This document shows positions 51,201 to 62,463 of a stretch of 64,000 nucleotides of DNA, piece by piece; the first letter of the stretch is position 1; each line of letters opens with the position of its first letter. The stretch is from Lingula anatina (Eukaryota; Animalia; Brachiopoda). A program made the position numbers and the translations under genes. The DNA is taken from NCBI GenBank assembly GCA_051362555.1, contig JBPQGU010000016.1:6138001-6202000 (forward strand), given 5' to 3'. Below the pieces are notes generated by a model. That model was not told the origin of the DNA. It was given only the letters and a program-made list of their open reading frames with translations, and did not search any database.

Positions 51201-51949
51201 AACTTCCAAATGGGCTTGAGGACCTTTGCTAGTCACATTTTCTGAATATCCATGCTACTTTTATTTTATTATTAAAAACTGACGGTCATTATACTATTAA
51301 GCATTATGTAATATTGCATCAAAATTGAAGAAAACCCTATTTTGGGCACTGCCTTTAATTATCATGTGAAAGCTGTAGCTAACCAGGGTCATTTAAAGAA
51401 TGTCACTAATGCAACTTTCTGACCTTTACTGACATTTACAGAAAAACAAGTAGATAATGTTACATTGAGATAAATGTGTGTCAAATGGACGCAATTCATT
51501 TAAAATTGGGGGTCAATTTTGGTAAAACAGATCAGGGACGCACAAAAATTGCGCTAACGGGAACCCTGATAAAGGAATGTCAGTGTCTATGTCACTGTCA
51601 CTCGAAAACTCCTCATCAGAGTCCGAGTTTTCAATCATTTCAATAATGATATCCATTCACAGGCCCCTACCGTAGGAAGGAGCCACCATTTTGATTTTAC
51701 TTTCTCCAACTAAGTCTAGAAAATCACCGTTTTCTCGCATACATGTATTTCTATGGTCCTTTAAAAATGGTGACAATGAGAGACAAGAAACATACCCAGA
51801 TGTTAAACTATATATCATACCGTGACTTAAGATACACAAGAGTACAGAAGCCGATCTTTCCAAGATATGCACATATGCGGTTCTGGGCCTTTGGGGTAAG
51901 CGATAATTGAACCGCACATATGCGGTAAATTAAATATGTGTTTGTATGG

Positions 51950-53560
51950 CTCTAAGAGAAAATATCCAGAGGCAGAGATGGTGGCAGAGGTGCTAAATCA
52001 ATGGGTATTTTCTTATTTCAAAAATCCATCATCTGCTTCATGCACTCCGTGTTGACTGGTGGATATATGTTCCGGACTGCTGTGTCTGTTTCTGTCATTG
52101 GTATTGGCTGTATTGGCATTGATTGCACTGAATATACTTACCTTGCTAACGCTGGCGATTCCTCTGCCATAAACCACAACACCAATGCTTTGTGTATACA
52201 AATCTTTTTCTTGGTTATGCATGCACATTTCAGTGCATTTGTTGCTGAATTATGGGTCACGACAACCCGCCCAAACACGGACCAGTACCTTGTGTCCTGC
52301 TTGTAGACTGAATAGAAAGTGTACTGCTTTAGAAGCATGTGTACCCATTTAACTACAAGGGGTGAGTGGGTCGCTCTGGCAGCATCTTTTGTTTCACTGC
52401 ATTGTATTCTTCAATCAGAAGTAAGAATTCGATCCAGGGAACCGAGTGAAGAATTGGACAAGTTCATAATCCTTGGTTTGTTGCCTGGCAAAGGCAGGAA
52501 TGGGATGGAATGGATGTGGTCACACAAATAGCCGATGCCTCCTCGTAAGGCAGTCTGTATGATGTTTGTGCAATCTCTGTTACCACAAGCGGGTGTAGCT
52601 GTGTACTGAACATGCACTGGAAATAGCGGCACTGGTTGTTACTTGATATTAGATAAATTTGTCTCCCCTCGTCCACTAAAATGCCTTGATTATATTGTGA
52701 AAAAGTTGCACTTTTATGTGTTCTAAGGTGCCTAGTTAAATTCTTTTGTAAAACTTTTTTTCTGCATAGAGGACATTTAGGACATTGGATACACTGTTCT
52801 TTTCAAAAGTGACACTGTTACTGGCTCCTGTGTTTTAGCTGTTGGATTGGCTGCAGGTGGTCCTGATGTGGTTGTCAATGTTGACGCTGGAGGTGTTACA
52901 ATTTCAGCTAATGCCTCAGGCTCTACACCGACCACTGTATCCTTGACACCTTCAGCTAACACTTTAGTCTCTACAGCGGCCGCTGCAGAGCCTGAAGCAT
53001 TGGCTGAGGTTTTTCATGTTGAAGCAATGACCAGGGGCTCTTTTAGTGTTTTCAGCGCTGAAAATACTGGGGGCGCGCAGTTTGTTTGGCATGCTTGAAT
53101 TTGAGCTTCCCTGTGTCTTTTAATCATGTGTTCAGTCAAAATTTTCTTTCTGGCTAAATTTATTCCGCAGCATGGACAGTGGTAATGTTCACCTCTGTTG
53201 TGGACGATTGAAGCACCGGCAAGCGGCACACCAAAACCAACACGTCTGAAAAATGGTTATTGTGAAGTGTTGGGCATAATCGTTGTATACGTACATTGAA
53301 CATTTTGTTTCTGACATCGTTTTCAAAGCGTTATGGGTATCACGTTATCCTGACAACCAAACTTAAGCACAATAATTACTCTCATATTTGACGGAGGCAG
53401 TCAGGTGACTATCCAAGTGACTATCCAAGTGTCTTTTTACTCTGTTGGTATAGGTGGGTTTGAATTTGTCAGCGGGGTACAGCAGGCAGTGTATTTGGGA
53501 TTCTGTAGGCAACATCCACTTCAGCTCATCTACTGAAGACACAATGGTTTCATGAGTCTG
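51950..53560 (-). pseudogene. Degraded spliced transposase-like gene with C2H2 and SWIM-like zinc fingers (possibly KDZ/Zisupton-related)
   Basis: Encodes HYHCPCCGINLARKKILTEHMIKRH and LKCACITKKKICIHKALVLWF, with several frameshifts and an apparent intron at ~53246-53377. The family assignment is tentative. Confidence 0.45.
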
Positions 53561-54747
53561 AAAGTTTAAAATGATGAAAATGATAGACATTTATAACATT
53601 TAAAAAAGCAATAATGTTTTATCAATTTAAAAATATTGTGAATATTAAAATTATTTCATATACAGGTACTGTTTTTGCCCGTGTCGTCTAATCCACTCAT
53701 TGCAACTTTGACAGTGTTGATCAATGTTTCCTTTCTATAGACCAGACTGTATTACTCATCTCTCAGGGCCTGGGTATAGTTAATAGTAAACCGATTATTA
53801 ATGGCAGCAAAACATAATTTGTGTTCATAACACAGCTTTATAACAAACACATTACTACACCATCAGTATCGTCATGGGTTAAAGTGAGGCCAATGATAGT
53901 TCTTACCGGTATGCGAGAAGTGTGTGTGCGAAGTCAATACCTTCTATTTGTTCAGTGTACATTAACAATACTAAGATGATTTTTCTTGTAACTTAACTTT
54001 TTTTCGTTGTTTTTTTTAAATATATTTTATATTATCAATAATATCAGTGATATCAATCATCATATAGCATTTCGTAAACATATATAAACATATATACAGT
54101 GGGAAATAAACACAATGTGAGGAGTTCACTGAAACACATTACCTAACAAATTCCATCATTCAGTATATTCTACATATTTCCCATTACTTATATACATGAA
54201 TTTTTCCATTTCAAATAATTTTTTAGTTTATTTTGTAGGCATTGAAAATCTAATTTTTTTTCATTCATTCTTTTTCCATATATATAATACTTCGTTACCA
54301 GTATGAGTATGTTATTAATGGCTGCACATTTTGTACCTGAAAAATTTTGAAAAATGGACCTGAACACGTGAGTGATGGCAGGAAGGGTAAAGGGAAGTCG
54401 GCTTCCAAAAACCCTAAGTCTGTGGAGAAATCCTCGTCAGAGGATAATATTATGTCATTACTGGTATCTTTAAAAGCCTCTGTGGACGCTCAGGACGGCA
54501 GGTTAGAGAACATCGTCAGCCGTATTGATAATATGGAGGCGCAATATTCTCAGTATGACGACGAAGTTTACGTCGATAATGAATGTGTTGAGCCGGAGGA
54601 GGCAGGCACATCGGGTGAAAAAAGGAAGTTGGACTCGTATCTTCCCGACACGGAAGACAACCTGTTTAAGCACATGGCCAAGAAGTTTAACATGTCGGAG
54701 GAAATGGCCGACAACGTGGATGATGTGCTGGCCAAAACTGTGAACGA

Positions 54748-55070
54748 TGTAGCGATTTGGGGTGAGTGCAGAAAAATCACCGACCAGACCAGGAATCGAA
54801 CCCGGGACCCCTCGCTTACAGGGCGAGTGCTCTTACCTACTGAGCTACCCGGCCGGTTCTACCTGCATCTGGCACTACACTCCTCCCCCCCAAATGCCGA
54901 AAGACGCGAGCCCTATCTCGCAACACCGCTGCCACCATTGTAGCGATTTGGGGTGAGTGCAGAAAAATCACCGACCAGACCAGGAATCGAACCCGGGACC
55001 CCTCGCTTACAGGGCGAGTGCTCTTACCTACTGAGCTACCCGGCCGGTTCTACCTGCATCTGGCACTACA
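54748..55070 (-). mobile_element. 323-bp TRIM (miniature LTR retrotransposon) with tRNA-derived LTRs
   Basis: Two identical 132-bp LTRs (54748-54879, 54939-55070) with TGTAG..CTACA ends; 4-bp TSD ACGA; PBS TGGTGGCAGCGGTG (54924-54937); polypurine tract at 54880-54891. Confidence 0.92.
54782..54854 (-). other. tRNA-like cloverleaf inside the TRIM LTR (second copy at 54973-55045); not called a functional tRNA gene
   Basis: GGCCGGG TAGCTCAGTAGGTAAGAGC A CTCGC CCTGTAA GCGAG GGGTC CCGGG TTCGATT CCTGG TCTGGTC. A and B boxes are present and all stems pair; TGT sits at the anticodon position but position 33 is C. Confidence 0.8.
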
Positions 55071-55773
55071 ACGATCTTTTTATGAATGGCCTGGACGAAC
55101 AACATTTAAACGAGTTGATAAAACAGAACCACAGGCCAGGTAACTGTGATTACCTGCAAGTCGTGAAAACCAACCAGTTGATATGGGACCAGGTCCCAGG
55201 TTGGACCAAAGCAAACGATAGGAAAATGCAAAACATAGCACATACTTTGGTTAAAGGTGCAAACATTTTAGTTAAAACTGTAAACCAGATGGCCTTATAC
55301 GAAAGGAATCCAGAAAAGGACACGAGTGATCATATTGGCAGCATGATCGAAAACTGCAATGATGTCCTAGCACTCATGGGACATATGAACAGGCAGATAA
55401 ATATGACAAGGAAAGATTTTTTGAAACCGCAATTGAGCGGAGAATATGCTCACCTCTGCAGTCATGAGCTGGCTTACAGCCAAAAATTTTTATTTGGAGA
55501 CGATCTTCCCAAAATGGCAAGGGATATAGAGGATTGCTCAAAAATCAAACATAAATTGTTTGACAGATCTCTCAGAGGACGTAGAGGACGTGGTGCCAGA
55601 GGCCGTGGATCTGTGTACAGAGGTGTTAATCGACCTACTGGAGGGGGAAGACCCAGAGTGTGGCAGGATGATCCTGGAGCAGGGCCTTCTTTTGCAAAAA
55701 ACTATGTACGCAGGGGACAGAGGAATCTGCCCAAGCAATAAATGAGGTAAATAATTATTTTGAAGCAGGTAGA

Positions 55774-57789
55774 TTGGCTGACTTTATTGATCAATGGAAA
55801 CTGATTACAAGTGACCTATTTATTCTTGACATTGTAAAGCATTGTCATATTAATCTAGATTTCAACGGTGGGATTCCCGCCATTGTGAAATCAAATTGCA
55901 AGTTTAATAGGTTAGAAATGTCCATTATTGACATAGAAATTAAAAAATTATTGGACATGAAAGTGATTATTCCTGTGAATAGTGAAGCAGGCCAAATTTT
56001 ATCACCGATTTTTTTGAGACAAAAAGAAAATGGTGAATACAGATTAATTCTGAATCTAAAGAAATTAAATCGGTTCATTCCATATCAGCATTTTAAGATG
56101 GAAACCTTTGAGAAAACCCTACCATTGATAACCAAAAATGTAAAAATGGGGTCTGTCGATATCCGTCATGCTTATTATTCAATTAAACTTGCAGATGAAC
56201 AGCAAAAATTTTTTAGATTCCAGTGGAGAGATAAAATCTACCAATATACCTGCTTACCCAATGGGGTCAGTGAAGGCCCGCGATTGTTTACAAAACTTCT
56301 TAAACCAGTTTTTGGGAAACTGAGAAGTTTAGGTTATGTTAGTTCAGGGTACATTGATGACAGTTTAATAATTGGCTGTGATGATTTAGAATGTACGGAG
56401 AACTTAAATGCAACAGTTACACTTCTGTCCAAATTGGGTTTCATCATAAATGAAGACAAATCAGTTTTGAGACCAACAAGCAAGTTAAAATTTTTGGGAA
56501 ATGTTATTGATTCTGACAAAATGATAGTAACACTGCCACTTGACAGGCAGGAGAAAATAATTTCTGCATGCGAAGAGTTGTATTATGTTTCAAAGGCACC
56601 TATTAGACAAGTGGCGAGAGTCATTGGGTTGTTAGTAGCAAGTTTTTCAGCTGTGGATTATGGCAAACTGTACTATAGGAAGTTAGAAAGAGCAAAGATT
56701 AAGGCTTTACAAGAATCGAAGGGTAACTATGATGCACCCATGATAATATCAAACAGTATGAGGTCAGATTTAATTTGGTGGATTGTCAACTTGAAATCCC
56801 AGCATAGGGTTATTGCTAGACCAAACCCCTCAGAGACTTTACATACAGACGCATCCACTTTAGGTTGGGGTGCAAGTTATAAAAACAATAATATTGGAGG
56901 TAGATGGACGGATGTAGAGGGTAAATTGCCTATTAATGTATTAGAATTAATGGCCATTTTGAATGCACTCAAGTCCCTCAAACGTGATCTTAAGTCAAAG
57001 CATATTAAGGTGATGTCAGATAACACTACGGCAGTGTCATACATTAACAACATGGGAGGCACAGTTTCTGAAAACTGTAATAAAGTAGCATGTGACATAT
57101 GGATTTGGTGTATATCACATGATGTCTGGTTAACATGTACACATATAGCTGGCAAAAATAATGAGGCAGCAGATAAGGCTTCCAGAGAATTCAAGGATGA
57201 TCTTGAATGGAAATTAGACAGCAAGATTTTTCATAAGATATGTAATTTTTGGGGAATCCCAGATATAGACTGCTTTGCATCTAGAATAAATGCTCAAGTA
57301 GAAACATATTGTTCATGGAAGCCTGATCCAAACTGCTCTTTTGTTGATGCTTTTACCATTGACTGGGGAACTTTTAACTCAGTTTATTTGTTTCCACCTT
57401 TTAGCTTACTGGGAAACTGTGTGCAGAAAGTCAGACAGGACAGAGCCAAGGGAATCATTGTAGCACCAATGTGGCCCACACAAGCATGGTTTCCGAGACT
57501 GATGGAATTGTTGGTGGAGAAACCAGTCATAATACAGAAAAAGAAGAATCTTTTAAGACTTCCTCACCTGCAGTTGAAACACCCTTTGGAAGGGAAATTA
57601 AGACTGATTGCTTGCAAAGTGTCAGGAATAGTTTCAGAGAACGAGGATTTTCAGAGGACTCTACCAAAATACTTATGTTGTCTTGGAAAACAGGGACACA
57701 AAAACAATATAACACACACATTAACAGGTGGTTTCAGTACTGTAGTAAAAGGACGATTTCTCCACTTTCGCCAACTTTGGAAGCAGTAA
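55774..57789 (+). CDS. DIRS ORF2: reverse transcriptase, RNase H and DNA adenine methyltransferase-like domain
   Basis: RT motifs YRLILNLK, DIRHAY, LPNG and YIDD; RNase H motifs TDASTLGWG, INVLEL, SDNTTAV and NEAADKASR; methyltransferase-like IDCFAS and YLFPPF. The start codon is uncertain. Confidence 0.92.
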   Translation: MADFIDQWKLITSDLFILDIVKHCHINLDFNGGIPAIVKSNCKFNRLEMSIIDIEIKKLLDMKVIIPVNSEAGQILSPIFLRQKENGEYRLILNLKKLNRFIPYQHFKMETFEKTLPLITKNVKMGSVDIRHAYYSIKLADEQQKFFRFQWRDKIYQYTCLPNGVSEGPRLFTKLLKPVFGKLRSLGYVSSGYIDDSLIIGCDDLECTENLNATVTLLSKLGFIINEDKSVLRPTSKLKFLGNVIDSDKMIVTLPLDRQEKIISACEELYYVSKAPIRQVARVIGLLVASFSAVDYGKLYYRKLERAKIKALQESKGNYDAPMIISNSMRSDLIWWIVNLKSQHRVIARPNPSETLHTDASTLGWGASYKNNNIGGRWTDVEGKLPINVLELMAILNALKSLKRDLKSKHIKVMSDNTTAVSYINNMGGTVSENCNKVACDIWIWCISHDVWLTCTHIAGKNNEAADKASREFKDDLEWKLDSKIFHKICNFWGIPDIDCFASRINAQVETYCSWKPDPNCSFVDAFTIDWGTFNSVYLFPPFSLLGNCVQKVRQDRAKGIIVAPMWPTQAWFPRLMELLVEKPVIIQKKKNLLRLPHLQLKHPLEGKLRLIACKVSGIVSENEDFQRTLPKYLCCLGKQGHKNNITHTLTGGFSTVVKGRFLHFRQLWKQ

Positions 57790-58593
57790 TCGAGTTTTTA
57801 ACTGAACAATTTAATAAAGGTTTGGGTTATGAGAGTTTGAACACTGCACGTGGAGCTCTCTCAGCTTTAGGAATAAACTTTGATGGATTCAGAATTGGAA
57901 ATCACCCATTAATTATCAGATACATGAAGGGTGTGTTTGCAGCCAGACCATCACAACCCAGATACACAGAGGTGTGGGATGTTGAAAGAGTATTGACGTA
58001 TTTGAGGAAACTTTCTCCTGTTAAGCATATAACTCTCAAAGATTTGACATTAAAGCTAGTGATGCTCATGGCTCTGACTCAAGCTGCACGTACACAAACT
58101 TTGCAGTTGTTAAGTTTTCAAGGTTATAAAAAAATTGAGAACTGAGTTTTTGTTCAAGTTAGATGGTTCTTTAAAACAAAATAGGCCAGGTTATAATGTT
58201 GTTTCAGTATCTTTTAAGGCCTACCCTCCAGACAGGAGGCTTTGTGTGTATACTGTATTGAAGGAATATTTGTTTCGCACGAAAGTCATGAGAAATGACA
58301 AGAACTGTGCACGTTTGTTAATAAGTTACATGAAACCACATCATAATGTCGCAAGAGACACAGTAGCAAGATGGATAAAAACTGTTATGAGTAGAGCTGG
58401 TATAGACACTTATACATTTAGCTCTCACAGTGTTAGAGCTGCAGCTACCTCTAAGGCAAAAGCCTCTGCAGTACCTATATCAGTCATTATTGACAAAGCT
58501 GGTTGGTCTAAGAAAAGTACTTTTGCGAAGTTCTATGACAAGCGCATTGTAAGTAATCAAGACAGATTCCAGGATGGAGTTCTGGGTAAATAA
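57471..58593 (+). CDS. DIRS ORF3: tyrosine recombinase with a 1-nt frameshift in an A7 run at 58128-58134
   Basis: Catalytic pattern AAR..HSVR..AGW..KFY. Deleting one A joins 57471-58145 and 58135-58593 as ..GYKKLRTEF.. Confidence 0.85.
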
Positions 58594-58680
58594 AGAATCT
58601 TTTGAAATGAATGAAATGTTTGTCACATTAAGCTTTAAAGTCTCAGTTAAGACCAACGAAATTCTTCTTACGAAAAAGAA

Positions 58681-58992
58681 TTTAAAAAATTAAACGAGAC
58701 TTACCTTGGTTAAGTCGAAGTTTGATTTCAATTCTTTGAGTAAAGAATTGAGGGAGGGCTTAACTGCCACCCTCCCACCCAACTTTGGGTTACAGCTCAT
58801 TGCTTGTATTATAGAGGAAGAGAGCTGTGGGGAATTAATGTAATTAATTCCATGTGGTTAATGTGACAAACACTTTGAAAAGTGCCCTGCGCGCGCAACC
58901 GGATCTCAGTTAAGCCCTCCCTCAATTCTTTACTCAAAGAATTGAAATCAAACTTCGACTTAACCAAGGTAAGTCTCGTTTAATTTTTTAAA
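58681..58992. repeat. DIRS 3' terminal structure: ICR (58681-58766) complementary to the right terminus (58907-58992)
   Basis: Perfect 86-bp inverted repeat; a further 15-bp inverted pair at 58617-58631 / 58858-58872. Confidence 0.88.
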
Positions 58993-59845
58993 TTTTGTTT
59001 TATGTTAAAAATTGTTAAAAATGGAAAAAAAAACATTTCAGAACAGTGCTGTCTTGTTTACATTTTGGCATTTTCAAGTTGTGACTTAGAGGTTCCATGG
59101 GCCTGAAGACCTTTGCTAGTCACATTTTCTGAATATCCATGATACTAATCTTTTATTATTAAAAATTGATGGTCATTATGCTGTTAAACATTATGTAATA
59201 TTGCATCAAAATTTGAAAAAAACCTATTTTGGGCACTGCTCCCATGATGACCATTTAAGAAAAACCATGTCACTTACTGTTCTCAAACAGTACAGTAAAT
59301 ATATATATAGATGTGTCTGTACATATTGCCATCACCTGCGTCTGTCGTCGCCGTCATCGCCGTCGCCGGTGCCGTGCACTTTCATTGTAAACACGATAAG
59401 TGGAAGGCAGTTTTACTTTTGGGCTTTATATTTACAGAGCTGATGAATATTCATAAAACGCAGGTCAAGTTCGAAAATCAGCATGATCGGGCCATTATTG
59501 TAGAAGTTATGCTTTTTTTTCACTTTCCAGCATATATGCAACACTGTAAACACATTCCAAGGAAAACCGATAGGCCTGTTGTCATGAAACTCACAGGAGT
59601 AATCTATCTTACTAAAACGCAGGTCAAGTTCGAAAATCGGCATGATCGGGCCACTATTTTAGTAGTTATGCTGTTTTTCATTTTTCAGCATATATGCAAC
59701 ACTGTAAACACAATATAAGAAAAACAGATAGGCCAATTGTCATTAAACTCACAGGAGTGGTCAATCTTACTAAAATGCAGGTTGAGTTCGAAAATCAGCA
59801 TAATCGGGCCATTATTTTAGAAGTTATGCTGTTTTTTCACATTTT
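58991..59845 (+). repeat. Partial copies of the composite ~140-bp-subunit repeat
   Basis: Matches 14060-14345 plus 14744-15310, and lacks the LINE insertion. Confidence 0.85.
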
Positions 59846-61832
59846 TTAAGTCATGGTGTTTGCCAGTTTTTTTTTCAGTGTAATTTTCAGTTTTCTGAAG
59901 TTTATTGTTCTTTCTTTCCAGATTACCCTTACCAGAAAAAAGCAGGCAGTGAAAGACAGCAGCAAGAGCAGAACTATGTCTTATCCATGTGTACAATACA
60001 TGACATGTGGCAAGATTTAGGACATTGTCAAATATTGTGCTAACAACAACCCATTCCAGAAACCCATTGTAAGGAGTAATCTGCATCTGACATTAATAAT
60101 AAGGAGGAGTCTTGTATGGGTATATATTGTTTTCCAGATGACATCTGTAGGTAACTTGCAACCTCCTACACAAACAAATTCAAATCATCACATTTGCTTT
60201 TTTCTTTGATAGTAAATAATACATTGCAATATTGCAATATTTGTTTTGGTCAAACCCACACTTCTGATTATCAATTTCCAATAAACTTGGCACTTAAAAA
60301 AACACAGACAACTGATTAGCTTATCACATGGATTTTGTGTGTGAGAAACAGAGAAAGAAAAACAGAGCCAGGGAGAGAGAGAAAAAGATAAAAACAGCCA
60401 GAGAGAGAGAGAGAGAGAGAGAGAAACAGAGAGAGACTCAAGAGTGAAAGAGCAAAAGAGAAAGAGAGAGTGTGTGTGTGTGTTTGTGAAACGAAACAAT
60501 TTCATTTTACCCACTAATTTGTATGGAAAAGACTGCTGGTACTCTTGGAATAATTGTTTTAGAAAGTGAAAAGGTTTGTGAATTTTTTCTTTAACGAAGT
60601 GTCATGAAACCTAAGAAATATTACTGATGTGAACATTTCCCTTTTTTAAGAAGACCAAAATCAGCTGGGATTTTAAAATTGTTTTTATTAATTTGTTTTA
60701 TACTTTTCAGTTAGAACTCATTTACCTCTAAGGATCCGAAGTAATTGGAATATTTCAAGCTGCCCAAATGTCTGAAGACATTATGACCCGTTTTAAATAA
60801 AGCAAGACAACTACAGGCCATGCTTGCAGCTCCTTATGAATACCACCATAATTACTGAAGACAGTGATTTTTAAGGATCATATATAAACTGACAATTGTT
60901 TCTCAGGAAAACTAGCCGTGTCCAGACAAGGAAACATTTGCTTGGTACTGCGCACCTTCTGTGACATTCCATTCCTTGATATTACAATTTTGGATTAAGA
61001 AACTTGCATAATCAAAGAATTGGCATATCTATTTCATTTAAACGTGAAAATGCTGAAATGTAGAAGCAAAAATATAATACTCAGTAATTGAGCTGTTTTT
61101 GGGTAAGTGCATATACCACTGTTCATGTATGTATCTATAGTTAAATGTTTCAATGTAAAAGAAATAAAATAAGAAATGTGATTAAACATTTTGAGATAAT
61201 TTAGCTAGCACTGGGATCAGGGAGTCAGAAATTTTGGTGCATTGTAATAAAGTAATTGATGTAGTACTTCATTTATTGTGCATTGGAATAAAGTAATTGA
61301 TGCAGTACTTTGTTTATTGCATTGGAATAAAGTAATTGATGTAGTACTTTATTTATTGTGCATTATACATTTTAATGCTAAATTAAACTTTTTAATTTAG
61401 AAAAGAAGGAAAAACAAAACTCATTTGATAACAGAAAATTAAATTTTTATTGTAAAACTAATAGAATGATATATTGAAGTTTTTAAATTGACTGCCACAG
61501 AGGTAAAAATACTCTAGTAGTTCTGCACTATCCTCCCTGAAAAATAAGAAGATAAAAACATTAAAATATAATTCAGGTAAAATTTATTAGTTATTAAAAG
61601 GCAGCAATCCAACAACCACCAGCTCTTGGCTGCTATTATATAATAACTGGCTTCAAATACAATTTTTACCAGTTGTTTGACATAGGTTGCCTCTTAAAAA
61701 CCTCAACTTAGCTATGATGCCATCCAAAGAAGGAAACAAAATAACTTTCATATGACAGTAAAATAAATCTGTTCTTTTGAAAATGATGTCAAATTTTCCT
61801 AATTTCTGAATGTTTGAAGTGATAATTTTTAT

Positions 61833-61864
<32 letters not shown>

Positions 61865-61867
61865 CAT

Positions 61868-62422
61868 TTATGTCCTTGACCTGCGCCTAAAGCAGGATGT
61901 AAAAAGATTAAATAATCTCCGCCACCGTGAAGGACGGCGATCCTTGGGAGCTGAAATATATGACAAAACATTACTCAATAAAATGCTATAATATATTATA
62001 ACCTTCAATATACAGTCTGTGCACCATCTTATTTCATAAATAAATCAACATTGAAACACATTTACCACTGTTAAGAATAATCAAATTTTGAATTTCAATT
62101 AATACTTGTCAAAAGTACAAATACTGTTTGCACAACAAGGAGTGTGTGTGTGTGTGTGTGTGTGTGCATGCAAGTGCATGCACAGTCACATTTTAACACT
62201 GTAATAAGTAGATACCTATTATATAGACCCTGTCGTCTTACCTCTCTCCTTCACGTCCTCTATCATTATTTTTGTGTCTTTGACATTAACTGAAGAAAAA
62301 AATGGAAAACAAAATAATTCTGTCCATGAGCATAACAAGGATATCGTACACAGACAAAGATACAATAATGAATAAGATCACCTAACAGTGAATTAACACA
62401 ATGATTGTGTATGAGAGCCTGC

Positions 62423-62463
<41 letters not shown>

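Larger units (their letters stand above)
54347..55741 (+). pseudogene. DIRS ORF1 (gag-like), interrupted by a TRIM
   Basis: Removing 54748-55070 and one TSD copy (327 bp) restores one frame, ..LAKTVND|LFMNGLDE.. It contains RPGNC, LFGDDL and an RG-rich tail typical of DIRS ORF1. Confidence 0.8.
54347..58992 (+). mobile_element. DIRS1-like tyrosine-recombinase retrotransposon (left terminus not found)
   Basis: gag-like ORF, RT-RNaseH-methyltransferase ORF, overlapping YR ORF and a 3' inverted-repeat (ICR/ITR) structure. Confidence 0.92.

Noticed and set aside
54782-55045. Two tRNA-Thr(TGT) genes
   Set aside because: They lie inside TRIM LTRs, lack U33 and have no oligo-T terminator directly downstream, so they are treated as tRNA-derived promoter sequence.
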